From Oscillospiraceae bacterium (GTDB lineage Bacteria > Bacillota > Clostridia > Oscillospirales > Ruminococcaceae), in contig JAAWBP010000082.1 in NCBI GenBank assembly GCA_022792755.1, positions 1 to 54,732 on the forward strand: a stretch of 54,732 nucleotides of DNA, in the 5' to 3' direction. This document shows positions 9,229-19,273 of the stretch, piece after piece. Positions within the stretch are counted from its first letter, which is position 1; each line of letters opens with the position of its first letter. Under the pieces are notes generated by a model that saw only the letters and a program-made list of their open reading frames with translations, did no database searches and was not told where the DNA came from. The position numbers and the translations under genes were made by a program.

Positions 9229-10365
9229 TTAACTGCCGGCCAGGGTGCGAACCTCGCGGTAGATGCGGTCGGCAGTGTCGAATACCGCGAGAGCAGATGC
9301 GTTCCGGGAAAGCTCCGAAAGCTTTTCCGGGTTCATACAGAGGTCTTTCACAATTGAGATAAACTCTTTTTTATCGTAATTCTTTTCTTCGATCACAACC
9401 GCCGCATTGTGGTTTTGAAGTACCATCGCGTTGTGGTACTGATGGTTTTCACTGACGGTCGGGCAAGGGATCAGCACCGACGCTTTTCCCGCCACCTCCA
9501 GCTCGCTCAGGGTGATGGCGCCGGAGCGGCAGATGACCAAATCCGCTGCGGCAAGGCAGGTGTCCATATTGTCGATATACTGCCTCGCGTCGATCCGCGG
9601 GCAGACTGATAAATCGACACCACGGTCTTTGAGCATCCTCGGGAAAACCTCAGCCCCCAGCTGTCCATAGCCATGGATATGGTTGACAGCGTCGGTGTCT
9701 TTATGCCACTCCATCAAATCGGCGGCGATCCGGTTGATGGTGATCGCGCCCAGGCTCCCGCCGAAGGAAAGGATGCAGACCTTGTCGTCCATCCCCAGCT
9801 CACGCCGCGCCTCCGCCTTCGATTTATAGATGATGCTCTCCCGCACCGGATTGCCGGTGATCACCGTTTTTCCAGAAACTTTGAGGAGCTTTTTCGCCTC
9901 CTCTACCGCAAGGCAGACGATATCTGCCTTTTTGGCAAGGGTTTTGGTTGTGACACCCGGAAAGGCGTTCTGCTCGTGGATCAAGGTCTTATATCCCATC
10001 TTCCGGGCCATAAAGAGAACAGGGCCGCTGACGTAGCCTCCCGTCCCGATCACGACATCCGGCTTAAATTCATTTAAGATTTTTTTCGCCGTTCCGGGGG
10101 AGGTCAGCATATACTGGACGGTCTTGAGGTTGTGCTTGATATCCTCCGGTGCGAATCCCCGCCAAAAGCCCTTGACCTGGATCGGGGTAAAATCGTAACC
10201 GGCGTTTTTGACGAGCCGCGCCTCCATCCCGTCCGGCGTCCCGGCAAAGAGGATTTCCGCTCCGGGCTCATGTCGTTTGATACAAGCTGCAATGGCAAGC
10301 GCTGGGTTGATATGCCCCGCTGTGCCGCCGCCCGCCAGTAAAATTTTCATATCCCGCACCTTCAT
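9229..10365 (-). CDS. murG: Lipid II glycosyltransferase MurG
   Basis: Contains MKILLAGGGTAGHINPALAIA.... The start may instead be the second ATG at 10350, which has a better AGGTG spacing. Confidence 0.95.
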   Translation of the reverse strand: MKVRDMKILLAGGGTAGHINPALAIAACIKRHEPGAEILFAGTPDGMEARLVKNAGYDFTPIQVKGFWRGFAPEDIKHNLKTVQYMLTSPGTAKKILNEFKPDVVIGTGGYVSGPVLFMARKMGYKTLIHEQNAFPGVTTKTLAKKADIVCLAVEEAKKLLKVSGKTVITGNPVRESIIYKSKAEARRELGMDDKVCILSFGGSLGAITINRIAADLMEWHKDTDAVNHIHGYGQLGAEVFPRMLKDRGVDLSVCPRIDARQYIDNMDTCLAAADLVICRSGAITLSELEVAGKASVLIPCPTVSENHQYHNAMVLQNHNAAVVIEEKNYDKKEFISIVKDLCMNPEKLSELSRNASALAVFDTADRIYREVRTLAGS

Positions 10366-10413
10366 TCCGTTTTACTGATTGTCTTTTCAAAGCCCTTCCC
10401 TTATGAAAGGGGT

Positions 10414-11541
10414 TCACTGCTTCATAATTGCCGAACGCCTGGAGACGCTGAGTACGATCCCCATCTGGAAAAGCTGCATCATCAAAGCCGTACCGCCGTA
10501 GCTGAAAAACGGCAGGCTGATCCCTGTATTTGGAACCGCGTTTGTGACAACGGCGATGTTGAGAACCGCCTGAATCCCGATCTGGATCGTCAGGCCGACC
10601 GCCAGCATGGCGCCGAACTTATCCGGCGCGCGGGAGGCGATGATAAAGCCGCGGACTACGAACAGGATAAACAGGATGATGACCGCCATTGCGCCGATAA
10701 AGCCGAGCTCCTCACAGACGATCGAAAAGATAAAGTCGTTCTGGGGCTCCGGCAGATAGAGGTATTTCTGCCGGGAGTTCCCGAGCCCCAGCCCGGTAAA
10801 TCCGCCCGACCCGATGGCGAGAAGGGACTGCACCGTCTGAAAGGTGTCCCCCTGCGGATCGGAAAAGGGGTCGAGCCAGCTTTTGAGCCGGGCCTCGACG
10901 TATTCGATCCCGCCGAACGTGATGATGAGCAGCACCCCCGCAACCGCCAGCACAAGGATTCCGATGTAGTAGCGGTATTTGACACCGCCGACGAACATCA
11001 TAACCAAGGCGATCGAAATCATCAGGGCAATACCGGAAATATGCGGTTCAAAGAACATCAGCCCACAGACAAGGCCGAGCGGGATGACAAAGGGGAGGAT
11101 CCCGTACCGGAACGTCCCCATCTTTTCATAGTTGATCGAGATGAGATAGGCAAACAGGAGGATCAAGGCGAATTTCACAATTTCAGAAGGCTGGAAGGAA
11201 AAAAAACCGAGGTTGATCCACCGGCGCGCGCCTTTAACTGGAGGAAAAGCGAAAACGAGGATCAAAAGGCCTATGCCTCCCGCGAAAATCCAGAAAACGA
11301 ATTTTTGGAGAACGTGGTAGTCAATGCAGGAGATAAAGAGCATCCCCACCACACCCGCAGCGGCGAAGAGCGCCTGCCTCTGGATGTAATGGAAGCTGCT
11401 CCCATACTGGTAAAGAGCGTAGGCATAGCTCGCAGAGAAAAGCATGATCAAGCCGAAGGTGAGAAGCATCAGGACAATAATCAGGAAGGTTGCATCCATA
11501 TGCGGCATCCGCGCCGTTTTTCCTTTTATTTTTTTTGCCAC
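10414..11541 (-). CDS. ftsW: SEDS-family peptidoglycan polymerase FtsW/SpoVE
   Basis: A 375-aa polytopic membrane protein with the FtsW/RodA motifs (GFFSFQPSEIVKF, LPEPQNDFIF, PFFSYGGT). It lies between mraY and murG. The start is GTG after GGAGGGG. Confidence 0.9.
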   Translation of the reverse strand: MAKKIKGKTARMPHMDATFLIIVLMLLTFGLIMLFSASYAYALYQYGSSFHYIQRQALFAAAGVVGMLFISCIDYHVLQKFVFWIFAGGIGLLILVFAFPPVKGARRWINLGFFSFQPSEIVKFALILLFAYLISINYEKMGTFRYGILPFVIPLGLVCGLMFFEPHISGIALMISIALVMMFVGGVKYRYYIGILVLAVAGVLLIITFGGIEYVEARLKSWLDPFSDPQGDTFQTVQSLLAIGSGGFTGLGLGNSRQKYLYLPEPQNDFIFSIVCEELGFIGAMAVIILFILFVVRGFIIASRAPDKFGAMLAVGLTIQIGIQAVLNIAVVTNAVPNTGISLPFFSYGGTALMMQLFQMGIVLSVSRRSAIMKQ

Positions 11542-11567
11542 AAACAGACCCCTCCAAAAGTATTAGA

Positions 11568-12575
11568 TTAAATCTGAAACGCCAGAAAAACAGCAAACGC
11601 CCCAAACAAAAGCGCTGTCAGAGAAAACACTAGAACGATCTTCACTTCGCTCCAGCCGGACATTTCAAAATGATGGTGGATCGGGCTCATTTTAAAAACC
11701 CGTTTCCCGGTGAGCTTGAAACTGGTGACCTGGATGACGACCGAAAGCTCTTCACAAATATATATGATGCCGACGGGGATTAAAAGAATCGGAAGGCCGA
11801 TTCCCATGCCGAGCGCCACAACCATCCCCCCGAGGAACATCGAGCCGAGGTCGCCCATAAACACCTTGGCGGGGTAGAAATTCCAGGTCAGAAAACCCAG
11901 GCAGGCCCCGGCAAGCGCAGTGGAAAGCACTGTGATCGTGTCGAAACGGAGGACCGCCGCAAGAACCATATAGACGATGGCCGCCACAAAGGTGACAGAG
12001 GCGGCCAGGCCGTCGATTCCATCGGTCAGGTTGACCGCGTTGACAAATCCGACGATTCCAACGACGATCAGCGGGTAATAGAACAGCCCGAAATCGAATT
12101 GGCCGATCAGCGGAAAGACCACAATGGTTGAACGGTCTCCACAGAGATAAAGGGTGACGATATAGGCGGCGGCGATCAAAAACTGCATAACCAGTTTCTG
12201 GCGCGCCTTCAGTCCGAGGTTCCTTTTTTTGACCACCTTGATATAATCGTCGACAAACCCGACGAAGCCAAAGGCGAGCGCCATAAACAGCCCGGCAAAA
12301 AAGCGGCCGACCTGAACGGAATCGTAAGCGGAGGCGTCCGGCTTTTGAAACCAGAGGATCAAAAAGCCGGCAAGCGCTGCCAAAACCACGCCGGCAGCCA
12401 TCATGATGCCGCCCATGGTCGGCGTTCCCTGTTTTTTAGCATGCCAGGTCGGCCCCACGTCGTTTATGGTCTGACCGTATTTCACCTTGCGGAGAAAGGG
12501 TATCAGGTAAAAACCGAGCACAGCAGCTGCTGTAAAAGCAATCACCGCTGTGAGCACACTGGTAAATCCTATCAT
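11568..12575 (-). CDS. mraY: Phospho-N-acetylmuramoyl-pentapeptide transferase
   Basis: Contains GTPTMGG, NAVNLTDGIDGLA and SPIHHHFE motifs. Confidence 0.97.
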   Translation of the reverse strand: MIGFTSVLTAVIAFTAAAVLGFYLIPFLRKVKYGQTINDVGPTWHAKKQGTPTMGGIMMAAGVVLAALAGFLILWFQKPDASAYDSVQVGRFFAGLFMALAFGFVGFVDDYIKVVKKRNLGLKARQKLVMQFLIAAAYIVTLYLCGDRSTIVVFPLIGQFDFGLFYYPLIVVGIVGFVNAVNLTDGIDGLAASVTFVAAIVYMVLAAVLRFDTITVLSTALAGACLGFLTWNFYPAKVFMGDLGSMFLGGMVVALGMGIGLPILLIPVGIIYICEELSVVIQVTSFKLTGKRVFKMSPIHHHFEMSGWSEVKIVLVFSLTALLFGAFAVFLAFQI

Positions 12576-12596
12576 CTGTCCTACGCTCCTGTATTT

Positions 12597-13955
12597 TTAT
12601 TCTTCCCCATAAAAGGCGGAAATAATTTCTTCAAATTTCATCCCGCGGCTCGCCTTGAATAGAACCGCATCGCCGGGGAGGAGGCTCCGCTTGAGCCACC
12701 CGGCGGCATCCTCTTTCCGTTCAAAGCAGCGGACGCAGGGAACCCCATTCCTCAGCGCCTCCTGTGCCGTAAAAGCGGACGCCTCCCCGAGGCAGGCCAC
12801 CGCGTCCAGACGGTTTTCCGCAGCCATCCTCCCCACCTGGCGATGTGCTTCTTCGGAGTAATCCCCCAGCTCCAGCATATCCCCTAAAACAGCTACCCGC
12901 TTCCCGCCGTTCCCCAGCATGGACAGGACGGAAAGGGATGCTTTCATCGAATCGGGGCTGGCGTTGTAGCAGTCCTCGACCACTATGATACCATGGAAGT
13001 CAACTGTTTTTTGTCGCATCCCGCTGGGCTGGTAGCCGGGAAGCGCCTCTGTAACCTCTTCGGGAGACATCCCCAGCTCGATTCCCGCGGCAAAAGCGGC
13101 AAGCGCATTCAAAACATGATGGTTCCCCAGCACCGGGATCCGGGCGGGGTATTCCTCTCCCCTGTAACAGATCTCGAAAACGGTTTCCAGCTTTTCTGTT
13201 CTGATCTTCACGGCGCGGGGCTCTGCCTCTGCGGATGAAATCCCGTAGCGGACGATCCTTCTCCCATCCAACGCAAGGCCCTGGAGGAGGTCGTCGTCCG
13301 CGTTGACGATCAAGGGGGCGCTTTCCTTCAATCCGTCGAGAATCTCGAGCTTTGCCTTCAAGATATTCTCCCGGCTCCCGAGCTTTTCGATATGGGAAAC
13401 GCCGATGTTGGTAATCACACCCAAGTCTCCCTGCGCCGCCCGGGAAAGGCGGGAAATTTCGCCGAAGCCGGACATCCCCATCTCGATCACTGCGGCCTGA
13501 TAGCTGCGATCCAAACGGAAGAGCGTCTTTGGCAGGCCGATCTCGTTGTTGAGGTTGCCCTCCGTCTTCAAAGTCTTGAACCTGGAAGACAGGACGGCGT
13601 CGATCATCTCCTTGGTGGAGGTTTTTCCCACACTGCCGGTGACAGCCGCTACCTTGACGCCGAAGCGCCGCCGGTACCAGCCGCTCAGGTCCAAAAAGGC
13701 CTTTCTGGTGTCCTCCACGAGCAGTACGGGCCCCCGCATCCCCGGCACGGGACGGCTGGCAATGACAGCCGCTGCGCCCAATTCAAACGCTTTGGGGATA
13801 AAATCGTGCCCGTCGAACCGTTCTCCTTTAATTGCTGTAAAAAGCGATCCTTTCCGCACCTCACGGGTGTCGATGCAAATTCCATCGACCACCGCATCGG
13901 CCGGGCAGTCTGCCCCCAGCGCAGCGGCGATTTCCTTCAATGAAAGCTGTTCCAA
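12597..13955 (-). CDS. murF: UDP-MurNAc-tripeptide--D-Ala-D-Ala ligase
   Basis: Mur ligase fold (VTGSVGKTSTKEM, DCYNASPDSM) located downstream of murE. The start is TTG, 8 nt after GAGGAGG. Confidence 0.93.
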   Translation of the reverse strand: MEQLSLKEIAAALGADCPADAVVDGICIDTREVRKGSLFTAIKGERFDGHDFIPKAFELGAAAVIASRPVPGMRGPVLLVEDTRKAFLDLSGWYRRRFGVKVAAVTGSVGKTSTKEMIDAVLSSRFKTLKTEGNLNNEIGLPKTLFRLDRSYQAAVIEMGMSGFGEISRLSRAAQGDLGVITNIGVSHIEKLGSRENILKAKLEILDGLKESAPLIVNADDDLLQGLALDGRRIVRYGISSAEAEPRAVKIRTEKLETVFEICYRGEEYPARIPVLGNHHVLNALAAFAAGIELGMSPEEVTEALPGYQPSGMRQKTVDFHGIIVVEDCYNASPDSMKASLSVLSMLGNGGKRVAVLGDMLELGDYSEEAHRQVGRMAAENRLDAVACLGEASAFTAQEALRNGVPCVRCFERKEDAAGWLKRSLLPGDAVLFKASRGMKFEEIISAFYGEE

Positions 13956-13968
13956 ATCAATGGCCTCC

Positions 13969-15402
13969 TCACAGCCTGGCTATGGCTTCCGCTACGATTT
14001 CCCGCTCATCAAAGTGGATTTCTTCCTCCCCGATGACCTGATAATCCTCATGCCCCTTCCCCGCCAGAACGATCAGGTCGTCTTTCTGTGCGTGGGACAC
14101 AGCATAATAGATTGCCTCACGCCGGTCTGGGATCACCACATAGGGCGTTTCATATTTTCTGACCCCCGGCAGGATATCGTCGATGATCTTTCCCGGGTCT
14201 TCGGTGCGCGGGTTGTCGGAGGTGACAATGAGAAAGTCCGAAAAACGGGCGGCGGACTCCCCCATGAGCGGGCGCTTCGTCCGGTCGCGGTCTCCGCCGC
14301 AGCCGAAGAGGGTCACCAGCCGTCCGCCGGCGTTTTGCTTCAGGGTGGGCAGGATGTTGTCCAGTCCGTCCGGACTGTGGGCATAGTCACAGACAATGGT
14401 GAAATCCTTTCCGGTCGGAATGACCTCGCTGCGGCCTTTGACCCCCTCGATTTCACAAAGATGAAACGCCGCCTTCTCCGGGCTGACCCCAAGCTCGATG
14501 CAGACGGCCGCTGCCGCCAGCGAATTCAGCACCGAAAAAGAGCCGGGCATCTTAAAATCGACCGGGTATTCCCCTCCGCTCCGCCGCAGCGTATAGTGGA
14601 CGCTGCTCGCAGAATAGCGCGGTGCGGCGGCATAGTATTCCACATCCGGCTCCTTTGCGGAAAACCGGAAAGACGGACAGGACAGTTCGCCGATCAGCCT
14701 CTGCCCATATGGATCGTCGAAGTTGACAATTGACTTTTTGGTCATCTGGAAGAGCATCTTTTTGGCTTCGAAATACGCTTCCATCGTCTTATGATAGTCC
14801 AGATGATCCTGGGTGAGGTTGGTAAACACACCGATTTCAAAGGGAACCTCCCCCAGGCGGTACTGATGGAGTGCGTGGGAGGAGACTTCCATCACGACGG
14901 TGTCACAGCCGGAATCCGCCATCCGGGCGAAAAGGTTGTAGAGCTCGTAGGCGTCCGGCGTCGTCCGATGCGCGTGAACCACTTCGTCGCCGATCTCGTT
15001 GCGGATCGTCCCGATCAAGCCGACCTTGTGCCCTTCCCTGGTCAGGATGCTTTTAATGAGGTTGGTGGTGGTGGTCTTCCCGTTGGTTCCGGTCACACCG
15101 ACAAAGGTCATCCTCTGCTCCGGATGGCCGCAGAGGGCGGCGCACATCTTCGCATAGACGAGACGGGTATTTTCCACGGCGATTTCGCAGGAAAGACCGA
15201 CCGGCTGTTCGCAGACGACTGCCGCGGCCCCCGCCTGAACAGCTTCAGCCGCATGGCTGTGCCCGTCAAAGTTCTCCCCCTTGATGCAGACGAACACACA
15301 GCCGGGGGTGATTTTTCTGGAATCCGAGCAAACGTCGCTGACTTCACAATCCGGCAATGCCGTTTGATGCGGGATCCCCCGCAGTAATTCCGAAAGCTTC
15401 AT
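13969..15402 (-). CDS. murE: UDP-MurNAc-L-Ala-D-Glu--2,6-diaminopimelate ligase
   Basis: Contains GVTGTNGKTTT. The DNPR motif (IVTSDNPRTEDP) is the signature of meso-DAP-adding MurE. Confidence 0.95.
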   Translation of the reverse strand: MKLSELLRGIPHQTALPDCEVSDVCSDSRKITPGCVFVCIKGENFDGHSHAAEAVQAGAAAVVCEQPVGLSCEIAVENTRLVYAKMCAALCGHPEQRMTFVGVTGTNGKTTTTNLIKSILTREGHKVGLIGTIRNEIGDEVVHAHRTTPDAYELYNLFARMADSGCDTVVMEVSSHALHQYRLGEVPFEIGVFTNLTQDHLDYHKTMEAYFEAKKMLFQMTKKSIVNFDDPYGQRLIGELSCPSFRFSAKEPDVEYYAAAPRYSASSVHYTLRRSGGEYPVDFKMPGSFSVLNSLAAAAVCIELGVSPEKAAFHLCEIEGVKGRSEVIPTGKDFTIVCDYAHSPDGLDNILPTLKQNAGGRLVTLFGCGGDRDRTKRPLMGESAARFSDFLIVTSDNPRTEDPGKIIDDILPGVRKYETPYVVIPDRREAIYYAVSHAQKDDLIVLAGKGHEDYQVIGEEEIHFDEREIVAEAIARL

Positions 15403-15507
15403 AGGAATCCTCCCGTGATACCGAAGGCTGTAAGCAAACCGCTTCTGCGCCCGGTACCGTTCCTTTCTTTCTATTTTTCACACCATTATCACGCTGAAAA
15501 GCATCGA

Positions 15508-17718
15508 TCAGCCGGTCTCATCGTTTTTGATGCAGGTGACGGAAATTACTGTCCCCTTTGGAACGACCGTTCCGTCTGCTATACTTTGGGATGCTACTAC
15601 CGCCCCGGTTCGCTGCGTTGTACCTCCACCAAATTTGATGTTCAGCCCTCGGTTGGTCAGTTCCGTATTCGCCTGTGTGACCGTGAGGCCGACCAAGTTC
15701 GGCACGGTTACCGTTTCCTCACTCGTGTCGTCGGTGTACAAGATGACCGTGCTTCCCTTCGAGACACTGGTACCCCTCGCCGGTACCTGCTTCACAACCT
15801 TATTTCCAGAGCCGATTTTTTTGCTTCCGAGCCCCGCAGCAGAGAGCTTGCTCTCCGCGGACATGGGGTCCATATCGACGACGTTCGGGGTGGAGACTTC
15901 GAGTTTTGAAAGCTCATCTTCGCTGTATTTCGCTTCTACCCCAATATAGGGAAGGGTCTGTTTCAGTACTTCGGAAACCGCCGGCGCTGCGACGACGCTG
16001 CCGTAAATATTGCCGTCGCGCGGGGTGTCTACGATAACCAGGACGGCGATCTGCGGGTCGTCCGCAGGGGCAAAGCCGACGAAGGAGGAGATATAGGAAG
16101 TGTCGTCGTCCGAGTCGAGCTTCTGGGCCGTACCCGATTTCCCGCCGATTCTGAACCCGCTGATATAAGCGTTGCTGCCGCCGTTTGTCGTTACGACTTC
16201 TTCCAATACCTGGCGCATCGTCTGTGACGTCTCGCTGGAGATTGCCTGGCGCTTCACGGTAGCACCGACGGTTTCCACAACATTGTTATTTTGGTCGAGA
16301 ACCTGTTTGACCACATGGGGCTGGACAACGTATCCGCCGTTGACGACAGCCGCCGTCGCCGTGATCATCTGAAGGGGAGTGATTTTATTCGACTGTCCGA
16401 AAGAACAGCTAGCGAGCTCAACCGGCCCCATCTGCTCGGCTTGATAGACGATGCTCCCCGCCTCGCCCGGAAGGTCGATCCCGGTCTTTTCCATAAAGCC
16501 GAAGGCGTTGACATACTCGCAGAATTTCGTGGCGCCAAGCGAGCTGCCGATCGCGACAAAAGCCGGGTTGCAGGAATGTACCATCGCCCCGACAAAGTCC
16601 TGTGTCCCGTGGCCGGAAAGCCGCCAGCAGTGCATCGGCTTTTCGAGGCCGGGAACCTGGAACGAACCGGTACAAGTGAATTTCGTATCCAGGGTGATCG
16701 TTTTCTCCTCCAGAGCCGCTGAACCGGTCACAATCTTAAAGACCGAACCAGGTTCATACAATTCTGTTATTGCCTTGTTCTTCCATTGTAATTCACGCGC
16801 ATCCGAAAGCGCATTCGTTTTTTCATCCCCGGTCAGGGTTTCGATGTAGGCGGCGGTCTTTTCATCCGCAATCACAAACGGTTCGTTGAGGTTGAAGTCC
16901 GGTTTCGTCGCCATTGCGAGGATTTCCCCGGTGTTGACGTCCATCACGATCCCGGCGGCGCGGTTTTCGACCTTGTGAACCGAAACGGCATCCTCCAAGG
17001 CATTTTCGAGAAAATGCTGGATCACCTCGTCGATCGTCAGCACCAGCCCATAGCCGTCCACCGGCTCATAGCGCTTTTCATACTGAAAGGGCATGTCGTT
17101 GCCATGCGCGTTTTTTGCCGCGACGATCCGCCCCGGCTCACCGCCCAGGTATTCGTCGTAATAAGCCTCGATCCCGTAAAGCCCCTGGTTATCCGTACCG
17201 GTAAATCCAATCACGCTCGATGCAAAATTGTTGTAGGGGTAATACCGCTTGCTGTCCTCAAACAAATAAATACAAGTAAACTTTTTCTCAGCGACAAATG
17301 CGCGGATTTCTTCTGCCTTTTCGCTTTCGATCTTTCTCTGGATCACTTCATAAAAGTTGTTTTTCAGGGTTTTTTGGTAAACGTCGTCGTACTCCAGCCC
17401 TAAAATATCGGAAAGGCCCCGTGCAACAGCCTCGCGTGTTTCATCCTTCGAGATGTCGCCGGGAGAGATTACGACTGTCCAAACCGTGGCGCTCTGGGCC
17501 AGAACCGTCATGTTCCGGTCGTAGATCGTCCCCCGTTTGGGGTTGATCGTAATATCCCTGAGCTGCTGCTTCGACGCTTTTCCCTGATAAAAATCGCTGT
17601 CCACAATCGTGATCATCCCAATCCGTCCCAGCAAAACGCAGAAAGCGATTGCAACAGCTGGTACGACTACGATAAAGATCCTCCGTCTCATCTTTCTGGT
17701 TGGCCCTTTAGCCGCCAT
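15508..17718 (-). CDS. Class B penicillin-binding protein (FtsI/PBP2B/SpoVD type) with two C-terminal PASTA domains
   Basis: 736 aa with an N-terminal TM anchor. Transpeptidase motifs are SVFK, SCN and KSGT. There are two PASTA-like repeats (STPNVVDMDPMSAESKL.., TVPNLVGLTVTQANTEL..). Confidence 0.93.
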   Translation of the reverse strand: MAAKGPTRKMRRRIFIVVVPAVAIAFCVLLGRIGMITIVDSDFYQGKASKQQLRDITINPKRGTIYDRNMTVLAQSATVWTVVISPGDISKDETREAVARGLSDILGLEYDDVYQKTLKNNFYEVIQRKIESEKAEEIRAFVAEKKFTCIYLFEDSKRYYPYNNFASSVIGFTGTDNQGLYGIEAYYDEYLGGEPGRIVAAKNAHGNDMPFQYEKRYEPVDGYGLVLTIDEVIQHFLENALEDAVSVHKVENRAAGIVMDVNTGEILAMATKPDFNLNEPFVIADEKTAAYIETLTGDEKTNALSDARELQWKNKAITELYEPGSVFKIVTGSAALEEKTITLDTKFTCTGSFQVPGLEKPMHCWRLSGHGTQDFVGAMVHSCNPAFVAIGSSLGATKFCEYVNAFGFMEKTGIDLPGEAGSIVYQAEQMGPVELASCSFGQSNKITPLQMITATAAVVNGGYVVQPHVVKQVLDQNNNVVETVGATVKRQAISSETSQTMRQVLEEVVTTNGGSNAYISGFRIGGKSGTAQKLDSDDDTSYISSFVGFAPADDPQIAVLVIVDTPRDGNIYGSVVAAPAVSEVLKQTLPYIGVEAKYSEDELSKLEVSTPNVVDMDPMSAESKLSAAGLGSKKIGSGNKVVKQVPARGTSVSKGSTVILYTDDTSEETVTVPNLVGLTVTQANTELTNRGLNIKFGGGTTQRTGAVVASQSIADGTVVPKGTVISVTCIKNDETG

Positions 17719-17761
17719 AATCCATTACCTCCTGGGAAAATAAGCATTTGATCCGGCATTT

Positions 17762-17800
17762 CAAAATAGCGAAAATGGGTTAAGACTCACATCCTAACCC
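17762..17800 (-). terminator. Terminator-like or attenuator hairpin between ftsL and the PBP gene
   Basis: The minus strand reads GGGTTAGGA-TGTGAG-TCTTAACCC (8 of 9 pairs) followed by ATTTTCGCTATTTTG. Confidence 0.35.
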
Positions 17801-17817
17801 GACTAGACGCTCACTGT

Positions 17818-17826
17818 ATTATATCA
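17818..17826 (-). promoter_or_regulatory. Extended -10 element (TGATATAAT) upstream of the PBP gene
   Basis: The minus strand reads TG-A-TATAAT immediately after the ftsL stop. There is no -35 hexamer at 17-18 nt. Confidence 0.3.
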
Positions 17827-17840
17827 TAGCGCGCCGAACG

Positions 17841-18323
17841 CTATGACAACAAATTCTCAAAAAACTCCTTGATAGACTCCCAGAATCCCTGCGAAGCCTC
17901 CTCCGGCACCTCGATTTTATTTTCCTGTGTCAAACGGATATATTCGACGTTATTCGCATCTTTTTTGACCATGCCCAGCTCCGTCTGCGCATAGTCCTCT
18001 ACGTTTTTGAGGGAGACCTTCCCCTCCAGCGCCAGGTTCAGCCGGATGCCCTCGGCCTCTAATTTCGTGTACTGTTCCTCAGCTTCGGAAATATCGGAAA
18101 TCTGCTCCGTCAGCAAAACCTGGGTATAAAGAAGAGAAGAGGCAACCGCTATGACCAGCAGCATCAAGACGATCGCCTTCAGTGGGTTGACCCGGGAGAT
18201 CCGTTTCGGGGCAGACTTAACCCTTTTAATTTTTACGGCCTCGGCTTGTGTTTTTTTCTCTTTAGTCTGTGTTTCAAACCTGGACAGGTCGTAGGCTGAA
18301 CTTGTATTGGCCACTGTTGCCAC
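17841..18323 (-). CDS. ftsL: FtsL-like septum formation protein
   Basis: A 160-aa bitopic protein with TM helix LKAIVLMLLVIAVASSLLYTQVLL followed by a coiled coil. It lies between rsmH and the PBP gene. The start is GTG at 18323 or GTG at 18314. Confidence 0.7.
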   Translation of the reverse strand: MATVANTSSAYDLSRFETQTKEKKTQAEAVKIKRVKSAPKRISRVNPLKAIVLMLLVIAVASSLLYTQVLLTEQISDISEAEEQYTKLEAEGIRLNLALEGKVSLKNVEDYAQTELGMVKKDANNVEYIRLTQENKIEVPEEASQGFWESIKEFFENLLS

Positions 18324-18335
18324 ATCCTTTCTCTG

Positions 18336-19259
18336 TTACAGCTTTTCTAAAATCCTGAGCTTTGCGCTCTGGCTCCTTGTGTTTTCCTTTAACTCCCGTT
18401 CAGAGGGCAAAATCGGTTTTTTAGAAACCAGCTTTGCTTTCGGCCGATTTCCACAGACGCAGACCGGGAACTCGGGCGGACAGGTACAGCCCCTGCACCA
18501 AGAGGCAAAGCGCTGCTTCACCATCCGGTCTTCCAGCGAATGGAAACTGATCACCGCCAGCCGGCCGCCCGGTTTTAAAAGTGCAAAAGCCTGGTCCAAC
18601 CCCTCCGACAGGCTGTCCAGCTCCCCGTTGACCTCGATTCTCAACGCCTGAAAGGTCCGCTTGCTCGGATTTTTATCCCTTCTGGCCTTGGCGGGCATGG
18701 AAGCTTTGACAATTTCACTCAGCTCGAAAGTGGTTTTAATCTCTTTCTGCTCCCGCGCCCTGAGAAGGTTACGGGCGATCTGACGGGCGAATTTCTCTTC
18801 CCCGTATTCCCGCAGAATCCGGGTGAGCTCTTCCTCCGAATAGCGGTTGACAACCTCCGCAGCGGTCAGCCCCTTCCGGCTCATCCGCATGTCCAGCGGG
18901 GCATCATATCGATAAGAAAACCCCCGGCTGGCGGTATCCAACTGAAAAGAGGAAACACCCAGGTCAAAAAGGACGCCGTCCGCCCGGTATACCCCTAACT
19001 CTGCAAGAGCCTGCTCCATCTCCCTAAAGTTGCTTTGGACGACCTGGGTACCGGGAAAAGGACGGAGCCTTTCCCCTGCGGCGGCGACCGCATCCGGATC
19101 CTGGTCGAAGGAGTAAAGACGGCCGCCCTCCAGCCGCTTCGCAATTTCAACCGAATGCCCAGCGCCTCCCGCCGTTGCGTCAACATATACGCCGTCCGGC
19201 TTGACCGCCAATCCCTCCAGGCACTCGGAAAGGAGAACGGAATAATGTGAAAATTTCAT
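18336..19259 (-). CDS. rsmH: 16S rRNA (cytosine1402-N4)-methyltransferase
   Basis: MKFSHYSVLLSECLEGL..YVDATAGGAGHS..FDLGVSSFQLD is typical RsmH/MraW. Confidence 0.95.
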   Translation of the reverse strand: MKFSHYSVLLSECLEGLAVKPDGVYVDATAGGAGHSVEIAKRLEGGRLYSFDQDPDAVAAAGERLRPFPGTQVVQSNFREMEQALAELGVYRADGVLFDLGVSSFQLDTASRGFSYRYDAPLDMRMSRKGLTAAEVVNRYSEEELTRILREYGEEKFARQIARNLLRAREQKEIKTTFELSEIVKASMPAKARRDKNPSKRTFQALRIEVNGELDSLSEGLDQAFALLKPGGRLAVISFHSLEDRMVKQRFASWCRGCTCPPEFPVCVCGNRPKAKLVSKKPILPSERELKENTRSQSAKLRILEKL

Positions 19260-19273
19260 TCCTTTTCCTCCTG

